Assembly: GCA_944336625.1 (NCBI GenBank)
Contig: CALVLF010000113.1
Location: 1-63,472 of the forward strand
DNA from: an uncultured Clostridia bacterium
Lineage (GTDB): Bacteria; Bacillota; Clostridia; Christensenellales; CAG-138
Reading direction: 5' to 3'
Length of the DNA stretch: 63,472 nucleotides
Shown piece by piece: positions 27,325-36,430 of this stretch. A program made the translations under genes and the position numbers. The notes beneath the pieces were generated by a model. It was not told where the DNA came from and did no database searches. It saw only the letters and a program-made list of their open reading frames with translations. Position 1 is the stretch's first letter; every line of letters begins with the position of its first letter.

Positions 27325-27693
27325 GTGCCAAACTATCCCTTGCCCCATGACCATGGGCAGCAGATTGAAAAAAACCTGGAACCCATGCCCAAGGAGGAGG
27401 ATTTCCAGACCGTTTCCGATATTTTTAAGCAGCTTTGTGATGGGAGCCGTATTCGCATATTCTGGCTCCTGTGCCATTGCGAGGAGTGTGTGATCAATGT
27501 GGCAGCCCTGGTGGGGATGAGCAGCCCTGCCGTATCCCATCATTTGCGGCAGCTGAAAAGCAGCGGGCTCATCGTCAGCCGCCGGGATGGGAAGGAGGTC
27601 TATTACCGGGCCGCTGATACGGAGCAGGCCCAGCTTTTACACCTTATGATCGAAAAAATGATGGAAATATCCTGCCCTTCTGCGGATGGATAA
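27325..27693 (+). CDS. ArsR/SmtB-family metalloregulator
   Basis: Winged HTH (VAALVGMSSPAVSHHLRQLKSSGLI) and a Cys-rich alpha-3 site LLCHCEEC. GTG start after SD gggagga. Confidence 0.85.
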   Translation: MPNYPLPHDHGQQIEKNLEPMPKEEDFQTVSDIFKQLCDGSRIRIFWLLCHCEECVINVAALVGMSSPAVSHHLRQLKSSGLIVSRRDGKEVYYRAADTEQAQLLHLMIEKMMEISCPSADG

Positions 27694-27711
27694 AGGATGA
27701 GATGGTGATTT

Positions 27712-28707
27712 ATGCAGGATGAATTTGAAAGCATAGAGAAGGCCCTGGGCCATATCCCCGCTGGGACCATCGCCTTAAAGCGGCACAGCGGGGCGGATGT
27801 CCAAAGCCCTTACTTTTTAGAGCACTTTATTTCGCAAACGGAAGGGAAGGGTAGGATCGAATCATTTTTGCTGTTTCCAGGTATAGCCCTTTCTCTGCAT
27901 CAGTACCTGGGGGAGCAGGTTCAAGTCCATCACGCGGCAAAGGACTATATTTTGGAAATCAATCATTGTCATAAAGGGCGAATCGGCTGGAATATGCGGG
28001 ATGGAGCGGCGGTTTACCTGGGGGCGGGGGATGTATGCCTGCATTCTATCCATAGCTGCGCCGATTCGCAAATGGGGCTGCCCCTGGGCTATTATGCGGG
28101 CATCTCCCTGCTGGCAGACCTTAGCGTACTGGAGGAAAACTGCCCGGCGGTGTTAAAGGAAGGCGGCTTTTCGTCCAGCGCCCTGTTTGAAAAATTTTGC
28201 CGGGGCGCAAAGCCCTGCGTCCTGCCTGCAGGATGCCCGCTGGATTTTATTTTTACGCCCCTCTATGCCCTGCGAGAGCAGATCCGCCTTCCCTATTATA
28301 AGCTGAAAGCTCTGGAGGTCCTTTTATACCTGCTCCAACTGGAGCCGCTGGGGCTTGCGGGGGAGCAGTATGGCTCTGCGCAGCAGATAGAGGTGATCAA
28401 GGAGGTGCGAAATTTTCTTATCGAGAACTTAGGGCAGCGCTTTACTATAGAAACGCTGGCTCGCAAGTTCCTGCTGAACACTTCCACCTTAAAGGCCGCG
28501 TTTAAAGCGGTATATGGTATGCCCATTGCCGCCTATGTGAAGGAATACCGAATGCAGCAGGCTATGAAGCTGCTGCGCCAGAGCCATGCCAGCATCGCCT
28601 CCATTGCCCAGCAGGTAGGCTACGAAACCCAGGGCAAGTTTACCAAAGCATTTAAGGAGAAAACCGGCCTTCTTCCCACGGAATATAGAAAGCTCTATCA
28701 GAAATAA
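27712..28707 (+). CDS. AraC-family transcriptional regulator
   Basis: C-terminal HTH_18 (IASIAQQVGYETQGKFTKAFKEKTGLLPTEYR). Confidence 0.85.
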   Translation: MQDEFESIEKALGHIPAGTIALKRHSGADVQSPYFLEHFISQTEGKGRIESFLLFPGIALSLHQYLGEQVQVHHAAKDYILEINHCHKGRIGWNMRDGAAVYLGAGDVCLHSIHSCADSQMGLPLGYYAGISLLADLSVLEENCPAVLKEGGFSSSALFEKFCRGAKPCVLPAGCPLDFIFTPLYALREQIRLPYYKLKALEVLLYLLQLEPLGLAGEQYGSAQQIEVIKEVRNFLIENLGQRFTIETLARKFLLNTSTLKAAFKAVYGMPIAAYVKEYRMQQAMKLLRQSHASIASIAQQVGYETQGKFTKAFKEKTGLLPTEYRKLYQK

Positions 28708-28995
28708 TGCACTCCATAGCGGGCGGCCAAAGCAAGCGCCCTTCCTTATAAAATGCTTGTGGCAAAGCCTTATAATTTATAATTATGTGTATAACTTGCT
28801 GCCCCAGGCCATTTTGCATACAATAGAAACAGAGCTTTCTTGGCAAATGGGGTACATGTCTGCCTGTTTTGCGGGGCAGGTTACCCTTGGGGCAGGCCTG
28901 CAGAGGCAGAATCCAAAGGGCCTGCCTGCTTGCAGCGGGATTCCGGCGCCCGCTTACGGAAACGGAGCACTTCGCAGCGAGGGGAGGAAGGCCTT

Positions 28996-29907
28996 ATGCT
29001 TCTTAGGCAGATGAAATACTTTATGGCCGTGGTGGATTGCAATAGCTTTACAGAGGCTGCGGAGCGCTGCTATATTTCGCAATCGGCCATTTCCCAGCAG
29101 ATTCAGGCCCTGGAACGGGAGCTGGGGGTAGAGCTGATTCATCGGGAGAACCGGCGGTTTTCCCTGACGCCAACGGGGCAGTATTTCTATGCCCATGGCA
29201 AAGCGGTTTTGGAGCAGGTGGATGAGCTGGTGCGGGAAACCAAGCGCCTGGGGGTGGATGCCGGGCCGCAACTGCGGATCGGCTATCTGCGCTGTTATAG
29301 CGGATTGGAGTTACATCAGGCCGTTGCGGATTTTTCCCGGGCCTATCCGGAGGTGGCCATCAGCATTGTAAACGGCACCCATGAGGAGCTGTATGATCTA
29401 CTGCGCTCAGGCGGGGTGGATATCGTTTTAAATGACCAAAGGCGGGCCTTTTCCGATGCATATGTGAATTTCGAGCTCATGCAGTGCGGGTGCTATGCGG
29501 AGATTTCTGCCAATAATCCCCTCAGCCGCGAGGCCTATCTGCAAATCGAGGCATTAAAGCGCTTACCCTGTATCCTGATTACCTCGCAGGAGCAGCAAAA
29601 CGCCGAGCAGGAATATTACCAGAACACATTGGGATTCGGAGGAAGCTATCTGTTTGCGGATAATCTGGAAGAAGGACGCCTACTGGTAGCTAGTAACCGG
29701 GGCTTCCTGCCCATTGAAAGCCTAGGGACGCTGCCGCCGGTGGGGGCATCTATCCGCCGCCTGCCCGTTTACCAGGGCGGGCAGCAACTGCGGCGAAACT
29801 ACTGCGTATTTTGGCGCAAGGACAAAACCAATGCATATATTCAGGACTTTGCCAATATCCTGCAGCGCCTTATGCCCCCTCAGGATACCACATCCAGGCA
29901 GGGATGA
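28996..29907 (+). CDS. LysR-family transcriptional regulator
   Basis: MLLRQMKYFMAVVDCNSFTEAAERCYISQSAISQQIQALE HTH. SD ggggaggaagg. Start trimmed from 28840. Confidence 0.88.
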   Translation: MLLRQMKYFMAVVDCNSFTEAAERCYISQSAISQQIQALERELGVELIHRENRRFSLTPTGQYFYAHGKAVLEQVDELVRETKRLGVDAGPQLRIGYLRCYSGLELHQAVADFSRAYPEVAISIVNGTHEELYDLLRSGGVDIVLNDQRRAFSDAYVNFELMQCGCYAEISANNPLSREAYLQIEALKRLPCILITSQEQQNAEQEYYQNTLGFGGSYLFADNLEEGRLLVASNRGFLPIESLGTLPPVGASIRRLPVYQGGQQLRRNYCVFWRKDKTNAYIQDFANILQRLMPPQDTTSRQG

Positions 29908-29917
29908 TGCCTATCGC

Positions 29918-29932
29918 ATAAGTTTCACTTAT
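29918..29932 (+). promoter_or_regulatory. LysR-type T-N11-A box candidate
   Basis: ATAAGT-TTC-ACTTAT perfect dyad between the lysR stop and the reductase gene. Confidence 0.4.
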
Positions 29933-30096
29933 TTTAAATCCCTGGAATCCAGATTGCGTTTTTTCCTATTTATGGCAATAATAAAAGATATAAAATAGGA
30001 TAGATGCTTTTGACCTTTAAGGGCAGGGCGGAAGGGATGCCACAACCAGAACGGAAAGACTGCTTGCGGCAGACTAAAAATAAGGAGGCGCATCCG

Positions 30097-31251
30097 ATGG
30101 AAGAGAAAAAGCAGGTAGACTTTGGGTTTGGCTGTATGCGGCTGCCCTTGTTGCAGGCGGATAAGCCGGATTCCTTTGACTATGAAAAAATCGCGCAGCT
30201 GGTCGATGCTTTTTTGCAGCAGGGTTTTACCTATTTCGATACGGCCTATACCTATCATGGATATCATGGGGAGGAAGGGGTGCGCAGGGCCCTGGTGGAG
30301 CGCTACCCGCGGGACCGCTTCCAGCTGGCCACAAAACTTCCTCTGCGGGATTTTAAGGATGCAGAGGATATGGCAGCCATTTTTCAGGAACAGCTGGCCC
30401 ACTGCGGCGTAGATTATTTTGATTTTTATCTTCTGCATAATATGGGCACCAATGTTTATGAAAAATGCAGAAAATATGGTGCCTTCGATTTTCTTTGCCG
30501 CAGGAGGGCAGAAGGTAAGATCCGGCAGGCGGGCATGTCCTTCCACGATACGCCGGAGCTGCTGGATGAGATTCTGGCCCAATATGGAGAGGGGCTGGAT
30601 TTCCTGCAGCTGCAGGTCAACTATATGGACTGGGAGCAGCCAAATGTTCAGGCCCGCAGATGCCTGGAGATAGCCCGAAAATATGGCAAGCCCGTTACCG
30701 TTATGGAGCCCTGCAAAGGAGGAACCCTGGTAAACCTGCCGGCGGAGGCAGAGGCTCTTCTGCGGGCACAGCGGCCGGAAGCCTCCAATGCATCCTGGGC
30801 CATGCGCCTTGCTGCCAGCCAGGAAGGGGTCACCCGGGTGCTTTCCGGCATGAACAGCCTGGAACAAATTCAGGATAATGGGAATACCTTCCAGCGCTTC
30901 GCCCCGGTTACGCCCCAGGAGTTGGAGGTTATCCGGCAAGTGACCGGGATTATTGAAAAGAATACCCCCGTCCCTTGTACCGGCTGCGCCTATTGCACCC
31001 ATGATTGCCCCAAGAATATCGCCATTCCCCAATATTTTGCCCTGTTCAACAATATTTCCCGCATCACCGGCAGCTTTTCCAGCCAGGCGGTTTATTATAA
31101 CAATCTCACCCTGCGGCATGGAAAGGCCAGCGACTGCATTGGCTGCGGCCAATGCGAAAAAGCCTGCCCCCAGCATCTGCCCATTCGGAAATATTTGCGG
31201 GATGTAGCGGCAAAGTTTGAAAAGGGCCCGTCCTTCCCCGTGCGGGAATAG
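30097..31251 (+). CDS. aldo/keto reductase fused to a C-terminal 4Fe-4S dicluster domain
   Basis: AKR motifs (FGCMRLP, FDTAYTYHG) plus CTGCAYCTHDCP and CIGCGQCEKACP. SD aaggagg. Confidence 0.85.
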   Translation: MEEKKQVDFGFGCMRLPLLQADKPDSFDYEKIAQLVDAFLQQGFTYFDTAYTYHGYHGEEGVRRALVERYPRDRFQLATKLPLRDFKDAEDMAAIFQEQLAHCGVDYFDFYLLHNMGTNVYEKCRKYGAFDFLCRRRAEGKIRQAGMSFHDTPELLDEILAQYGEGLDFLQLQVNYMDWEQPNVQARRCLEIARKYGKPVTVMEPCKGGTLVNLPAEAEALLRAQRPEASNASWAMRLAASQEGVTRVLSGMNSLEQIQDNGNTFQRFAPVTPQELEVIRQVTGIIEKNTPVPCTGCAYCTHDCPKNIAIPQYFALFNNISRITGSFSSQAVYYNNLTLRHGKASDCIGCGQCEKACPQHLPIRKYLRDVAAKFEKGPSFPVRE

Positions 31252-31332
31252 GAAACGCAGAGAAGGCATTCCAGCGCTTGGCTTTTCTGCCGCCAGCAGA
31301 GGGAAATGCAGAGCAGACTTTCAAAAACAACA

Positions 31333-31348
31333 TTACCCTTAAGGGTAA
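31333..31348. repeat. 16-bp perfect palindrome ttacccttaagggtaa
   Basis: Self-complementary. Shares the ACCCTTAA/TTAAGGGT words with the termini of the 59.7-kb element. Confidence 0.7.
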
Positions 31349-31460
31349 AAAGTTATATAATATGGCCAAAGCCAGCCTGAAGCTTTCCTCTTTAATAGGG
31401 AAGATTTTAAAATAATCCGGCGGCTTTCCAGGGTAGCGATAATGAAGGAGGAAAGTTGAA

Positions 31461-31940
31461 ATGAAAAAATCTTTGGTTGCTTATTTCAGTGCCAGCGGCG
31501 TAACGGCAAATGTTGCGCGGGAGTTGGCCCAGGCCGCAGGTGCCGACCTGTATGAGATTAAACCCGCGGTGCCCTATACCCGAGCGGACTTGAACTGGAT
31601 GGATAAAAAATCCCGCAGCACTATAGAAATGCAGGATAAATCCTCCCGCCCTGCCCTGGCGGACAAGAATGCAGATATCGCTTCCTATGACGTAATTTTC
31701 TTGGGCTTTCCCATTTGGTGGTATGTAGCTCCCACGATCGTGAATACCTTCCTGGAGGCGTATGATTTTTCCGGAAAAACCATCGTTCTGTTTGCTACCT
31801 CCGGCGGTAGCCGCTTTGGAAATACGGCGAAGGAGCTGCAGGGCAGCTGCCCCGGCGCGAAGTTGCTGGAGGGAAAGGTGCTCAATGGGCGGCAATCCGT
31901 TGAAGGGTTGAAGGCTTGGGTAGAGTCCCTTCCGGTATAG
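31461..31940 (+). CDS. flavodoxin-family protein
   Basis: MKKSLVAYFSASGVT...VIFLGFPIWW...LFATSGGS pattern. Confidence 0.8.
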   Translation: MKKSLVAYFSASGVTANVARELAQAAGADLYEIKPAVPYTRADLNWMDKKSRSTIEMQDKSSRPALADKNADIASYDVIFLGFPIWWYVAPTIVNTFLEAYDFSGKTIVLFATSGGSRFGNTAKELQGSCPGAKLLEGKVLNGRQSVEGLKAWVESLPV

Positions 31941-31992
31941 TACTATCCTCGCGCAATATTTCGGCGCAGGGCATTTTTCTAAAACGGAATGC

Positions 31993-32027
31993 AGCCGCAG
32001 GATCTAGACTGGGATCCTGCGGCTTTT
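31993..32027 (+). terminator. Rho-independent terminator after the flavodoxin gene
   Basis: agccgcaggatc / gatcctgcggct 12-bp stem plus tttt. Confidence 0.8.
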
Positions 32028-32406
32028 ATTAGCCACTGGAATGCATGCGGATCTACCTGGATGGGAATTTATTGTTGTTTTATGATAAAACAATATAATT
32101 TTACATTAACGTAGCAAAAGTATTAAGGAGAGCGATAAGCTGGAAGAATGGCAGCAGATCAAAACAGCGTATAGAACAAAAATATATTTATTGATATTCT
32201 GCACAAACCACGTATTTCAAAAAAATATTACAGATAAAAAAGGAACTCTTACCAGAAACAGGCATTTTTCAAATGGAAATTCGCAGTATTAACAGTACGT
32301 TAAAAAAATAGGTGCGTTCCTGTGGTATAATACTTTTGTAATAGAGCGCAAAGATTGCGTATTATATTTTGCGCAGAGTTTACGCTACATTGGAGGGTTC
32401 TGAATT

Positions 32407-33279
32407 ATGAGAAAGTATTTGGCCTGCCTGATGGCGCTGTTGTGCCTGTGTACTTTTGGCACTACGGCTTTCGCGCTGGAGGCTGGGGCGTCCCGCGTAG
32501 TCATTGGCGCAGATCTGGATGCAGAAGAAATTGCCGGGGTATATGAAGACTTTGGCATAGAGCGGGGAAGTGTAGAGGAGATCGTCGTCACCAATGCAGA
32601 TGAGCGCGCTTATCTGGAAGGGCTAGTCTCCGACCGGAAGATCGGCAATGTAGCCCTCTCCTGTGTTTATATCACTACACTAGAAGCGGGATCCGGCCTT
32701 TCCATTACGACGAATAACATCAACTGGTGTACGGAACAGATGTACATGAACGCTCTGGCCACAGCCGGCATAACCGATGCGCGGGTCATGATCACCGCCC
32801 CCTTTGCCGTTTCCGGAACCGCTGCACTTACGGGCATATACCGCGCTTATGAAGATATAACCGGCACAACCCTTTCAGGGCTGGCGAAATCCGTAGGAGC
32901 GGAAGAACTGGTGCTCACCGGAGAACTGGCAGAGTATATCGGCAGCGAGGAAGCGACAGAGCTCATCAATGAGCTCAAAAAGATTCTGGATCAAACCCAG
33001 AATATGTCCGATGATGATGTGCGAGCAGAGATTCGCAGGCTTGCTGAGCAATATAATGTCTCCATAACGGATAGCCAGGTAGAGCAGATCCTGAGCCTTT
33101 GCCGCAAGCTGGAAAAGCTGGATATAGATGCCTTGAAAAACCAGCTGATAGGCCTCACAGAAACCGTGCAGAAGGCAAACACGGTGCGGGAAAAGCTTTC
33201 TGACTTTGGCCAGAAGATTACCGGATTCTTTGCCTCGGTAGGGCAATTCTTCTCCAATCTTTTCGGAGGCGGCAACTAA
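32407..33279 (+). CDS. secreted DUF1002-family protein
   Basis: Signal peptide MRKYLACLMALLCLCTFGTTAFA. GADL..EEI..VYEDFGI and ITTNNINW motifs, recalled from memory of DUF1002. Confidence 0.65.
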   Translation: MRKYLACLMALLCLCTFGTTAFALEAGASRVVIGADLDAEEIAGVYEDFGIERGSVEEIVVTNADERAYLEGLVSDRKIGNVALSCVYITTLEAGSGLSITTNNINWCTEQMYMNALATAGITDARVMITAPFAVSGTAALTGIYRAYEDITGTTLSGLAKSVGAEELVLTGELAEYIGSEEATELINELKKILDQTQNMSDDDVRAEIRRLAEQYNVSITDSQVEQILSLCRKLEKLDIDALKNQLIGLTETVQKANTVREKLSDFGQKITGFFASVGQFFSNLFGGGN

Positions 33280-33402
33280 AGACGGCCAGAATATAAGAAA
33301 AGAAAGGAATATCCGGCACAGCATTTTACTGATGCCCCAAAATAACAACGGCCCGTGTTTCAAATACACGGGCCTGCTGTTTTGAAGGCGCCATTCGGGC
33401 CG

Positions 33403-33915
33403 TTATACTTCCCCGCATCCAGCTTCCTGCTTTCTGCGAAGGAGCTCAATCGCTTCCTTGCCCGTTACGTGGTCGATCTGCATTTCCAGCATGCAAAGTG
33501 CGGACCACTCCTTATCGATTGCCTTTTGCCGCCCGGCGGGCGTATCCTCCGGTGCATACTTTAGAGCCAGCTGTTGGATGGCCGCTTGCTTCTGTGGGCC
33601 GTCTTCCATGATATGGATTTGGCCGAAGGCGATAACGCTGCGAAAATAACTGGTATATGCTGCAGGAACAATCTGATCCTGGTCAATCACGCAAAAGGAA
33701 GCTTTTTTATTTCGCTTTATGGCATCCAGCTTATGCCCGCTTTTTGCACAATGAAAGTAAATCCTGCCGCCATCATATACATAGCTGATGGGAAGGGCGT
33801 AGGGGTAGCCATCGTCGCCGGATAGGGCCAATACGCCAGATGTGCCCTTATACAAAACCAGATCAATTTCTTCTTGCGACAAAGCCTGCCGCTTTCTGCG
33901 CATTTCCCGAAACAT
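33403..33915 (-). CDS. pyridoxamine 5'-phosphate oxidase-family (FMN-binding split-barrel) protein
   Basis: MFREMRRKRQALS...GVLALSGDDGYPYALPISYVY...YFHCAKSGHK. Start trimmed after SD ggaaagga. Confidence 0.75.
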   Translation of the reverse strand: MFREMRRKRQALSQEEIDLVLYKGTSGVLALSGDDGYPYALPISYVYDGGRIYFHCAKSGHKLDAIKRNKKASFCVIDQDQIVPAAYTSYFRSVIAFGQIHIMEDGPQKQAAIQQLALKYAPEDTPAGRQKAIDKEWSALCMLEMQIDHVTGKEAIELLRRKQEAGCGEV

Positions 33916-34160
33916 GAAAAATCCTTTCCGCCGGCATATAATTCCTCCGTTTCTCACTTTTCGCAGGGAAATACCGGCTTGAATATCGAATTTTAAATAT
34001 AGAGTACATTCTTTCAAAAGTCAAGGTAACAAGATCATTTAAAATGCGCCGAGAAATAAACGATCATGTAACGGAATCTAGAGGGCTATATAAAAGGATA
34101 ATATGGCTGCATATGTCGAAAAACTGGTTGGAAGGCAACTTTTTCAAGGTTTCTACCCAG

Positions 34161-34438
34161 GCCCTTAGTCCTTCGGCTGCGGCCAAAGGCCCCGTTGTAA
34201 AGAAAGCCCAGCACAGCTGGGCTTAACGCCTCTGGCGCGCTTGCTAGCAGAAGCGAATAAAGTTCGAGGGCTTGTTGTCCCTCAGACAAGGGGGACTTCG
34301 ATAGCCTCGGGCAATATGGCCTTTTACCATATTGCCCTTTGGATGGCCAGCGCCCGCGGGAAAACCGAATTTGTCGGATGCGGACTTGAGAATGAACCAA
34401 TGGATTGCGGGGAACCGCCCCTCGGCTTTCCTAAGGGG
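34161..34438. repeat. 278-bp hairpin-rich non-coding element bounded by gcccttag / ctaagggg; possible diverged relative of the 59.7-kb element
   Basis: Perfect internal hairpins at 34205-34223 (8 bp) and 34309-34337 (11 bp). Shares the ctagca..agcg..taa..ttcgag and cttgtt words. No coding-like ORF. Confidence 0.5.
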
Positions 34439-34448
34439 CAGCGCAAAA

Positions 34449-34850
34449 TCATAGGATCGTGTTTAAATAGGCTTTGAGCTCTTCAAAAGTAGAGGTTATC
34501 TTATCAATGGACTGATGATGGTAGAATACGCAGGTATTCGGCCCGTCTTCAAATTCTTTTCCTGTAGCAGACCAGAGGATAATTCGCTTGTTGGACCTGG
34601 TTGCCAGGGCAATGCCCAGCTCCGTATGGGTCCCGTATCCGCCAGGAAGCAAAACGAGGACTAATTCCGCATCCCGCACCGCGCTTGCTTCGCTGACAGA
34701 TGTGGCCAGCAGCCGATCCAATCCCTGGCCGCGCACGTCCCCATTCTCCGTCCAGTCATAGGTGGGGATATGTCCTTTGTTCGCCAGAAAATGGATCATA
34801 TCTGCGGCGATTTCGCGATTTTCCAACCCACTTGCTACATAAAATCTCAT
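34449..34850 (-). CDS. nucleoside 2-deoxyribosyltransferase-like / DNPH1-like protein
   Basis: 133 aa with a GGYGTHTELGIA (G-T-x-x-E-x-G) catalytic-Glu-type motif. ATGA overlap with tdk. Confidence 0.55.
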   Translation of the reverse strand: MRFYVASGLENREIAADMIHFLANKGHIPTYDWTENGDVRGQGLDRLLATSVSEASAVRDAELVLVLLPGGYGTHTELGIALATRSNKRIILWSATGKEFEDGPNTCVFYHHQSIDKITSTFEELKAYLNTIL

Positions 34851-35434
34851 ACATTTTCTCCCTTCCGGTGGCCTGGGCCAGGATCATTCTGTTTCCAGTG
34901 CCGCCTGCAAAGACCTACATATTTATCGTTTGCGCCCAGGACAACCTGTTCGCCAACTTTTGTTATCCCGCCCTGGCCGTCCAGCCTGGCATTAAAGGTT
35001 GCTTTTCTGCCACACCAGCAGATGGTTTTGACCTCTTCAATGGTATCCGCCCAGGCCAGCAGCCACTGGCTGCCTTCAAAAAGGTTCCCCTGAAAATCTG
35101 CCCGCAGGCCATAACAGATAACTGGTACGTCATATATATCCACAAGATCTGTTAAAAGGAGCACTTCTTCCCTGGTAAGGAACTGGGCTTCATCTACGAT
35201 GATGCAGTCATACGTATGGGCCTTAATGGCCTCTAAGTCCATCTCCTGGAACAGTACGCAGGAATCTTCCAACCCGGAGCGGGAGCGGATTGTCCGCTCC
35301 CCATCCCGAATATCTATTGCAGGTTTTACCAGCAGTGCCTGCTGTCCCTGTTCCGCATAGTTATATTTTACCATAATCGCATTGGCGGTTTTGGAGGAGC
35401 TCATGGCCCCATAACGAAAATAGAGCTTAGCCAT
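34847..35434 (-). CDS. tdk: thymidine kinase
   Basis: YGAMSSSKT P-loop variant, C-terminal Zn ribbon CWCGRKA...LCRRHW, 195 aa. Confidence 0.9.
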   Translation of the reverse strand: MAKLYFRYGAMSSSKTANAIMVKYNYAEQGQQALLVKPAIDIRDGERTIRSRSGLEDSCVLFQEMDLEAIKAHTYDCIIVDEAQFLTREEVLLLTDLVDIYDVPVICYGLRADFQGNLFEGSQWLLAWADTIEEVKTICWCGRKATFNARLDGQGGITKVGEQVVLGANDKYVGLCRRHWKQNDPGPGHRKGENV

Positions 35435-35437
35435 TGC

Positions 35438-36430
35438 TTACCGCTGCCCCTTATCGTAGGGAATGCCTTCTGCCTTGGGCGCCCTTGATTTTTTTGAAGT
35501 CAAAACCAGTACAATCATCGTTACGATATACGGCAGCATTAGGTAAATATATTCGCTGGATTTAACGCTTTCAAAGCTGGGCAGGAAGGGAATGCTGGCG
35601 CTATAGGAACCGATTATCTTGAACAGGGCGAAAAACAGGGATGCCCCCAGGATGTTCAGCGGCTTCCAGTTGCCGAAAATCATAACGGCCAGCGCCAGGA
35701 ATCCATAGCCCGCTACTGCAGATTGGAATCCGGAGCCAGCGGCCACCGTATAGGCAAAGCCGCCAATGCCACCCAGCAGGCCGGAGATAAAGACCCCTGC
35801 ATAGCGCATTTTATATACGTTGATGCCGACGGAATCCGCCGCCTGTGGATGTTCGCCGCAGCTTCTGAGCCGCAGGCCAAAGCGGGTCTTATACAGCACG
35901 ATGGCCGATACGATCAGCAGCAGAATCGCAAGGGGCGTGGTGAGATAAAAGCTTTTGAAAACCAGGTTCTGGAAAAAGGTATCCTGCACCTCCAAGCCGA
36001 AGTTCGCCTGGGTAATCCGCACCCAGGTGGGGATCAGAATGGTGGTCTGCCCTTGGCCCTGAATAGCCCAGGTAATGGTAATAGCCAGGGCAGGCGCCAG
36101 CATATTCAGCGCCGTTCCGCCAATGGTCTGGTCTGCCTTAAGGTGAATAGAGGCAAAGGCCAGCAGCAGGGAAAACAGAGCTCCGGAAAGGGCCGCAGCA
36201 ACAATGGCCAGAAAAACGCCCGTTTGGGGGTGAGCGGGCCCAAAGCCGGAAGCATCCAAGGCGCGAAGGACAAGGCAGCTGAATAGAGCGCCCACAACCA
36301 TAATGCCCTCCAAAGCAATATTGATGATGCCGCTGCGCTCGGAGAACATGCCTCCTAGGGCTACCAGCAGTAAGGGAACCGCAAAGACGATGGTGGCGCT
36401 GAGAATATCAGAAACAATATTCATGCTCAA
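35438..36430 (-). CDS. ABC transporter permease (BMP/nucleoside system 2)
   Basis: Polytopic membrane protein in a tightly packed operon. Confidence 0.85.
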   Translation of the reverse strand: MSMNIVSDILSATIVFAVPLLLVALGGMFSERSGIINIALEGIMVVGALFSCLVLRALDASGFGPAHPQTGVFLAIVAAALSGALFSLLLAFASIHLKADQTIGGTALNMLAPALAITITWAIQGQGQTTILIPTWVRITQANFGLEVQDTFFQNLVFKSFYLTTPLAILLLIVSAIVLYKTRFGLRLRSCGEHPQAADSVGINVYKMRYAGVFISGLLGGIGGFAYTVAAGSGFQSAVAGYGFLALAVMIFGNWKPLNILGASLFFALFKIIGSYSASIPFLPSFESVKSSEYIYLMLPYIVTMIVLVLTSKKSRAPKAEGIPYDKGQR

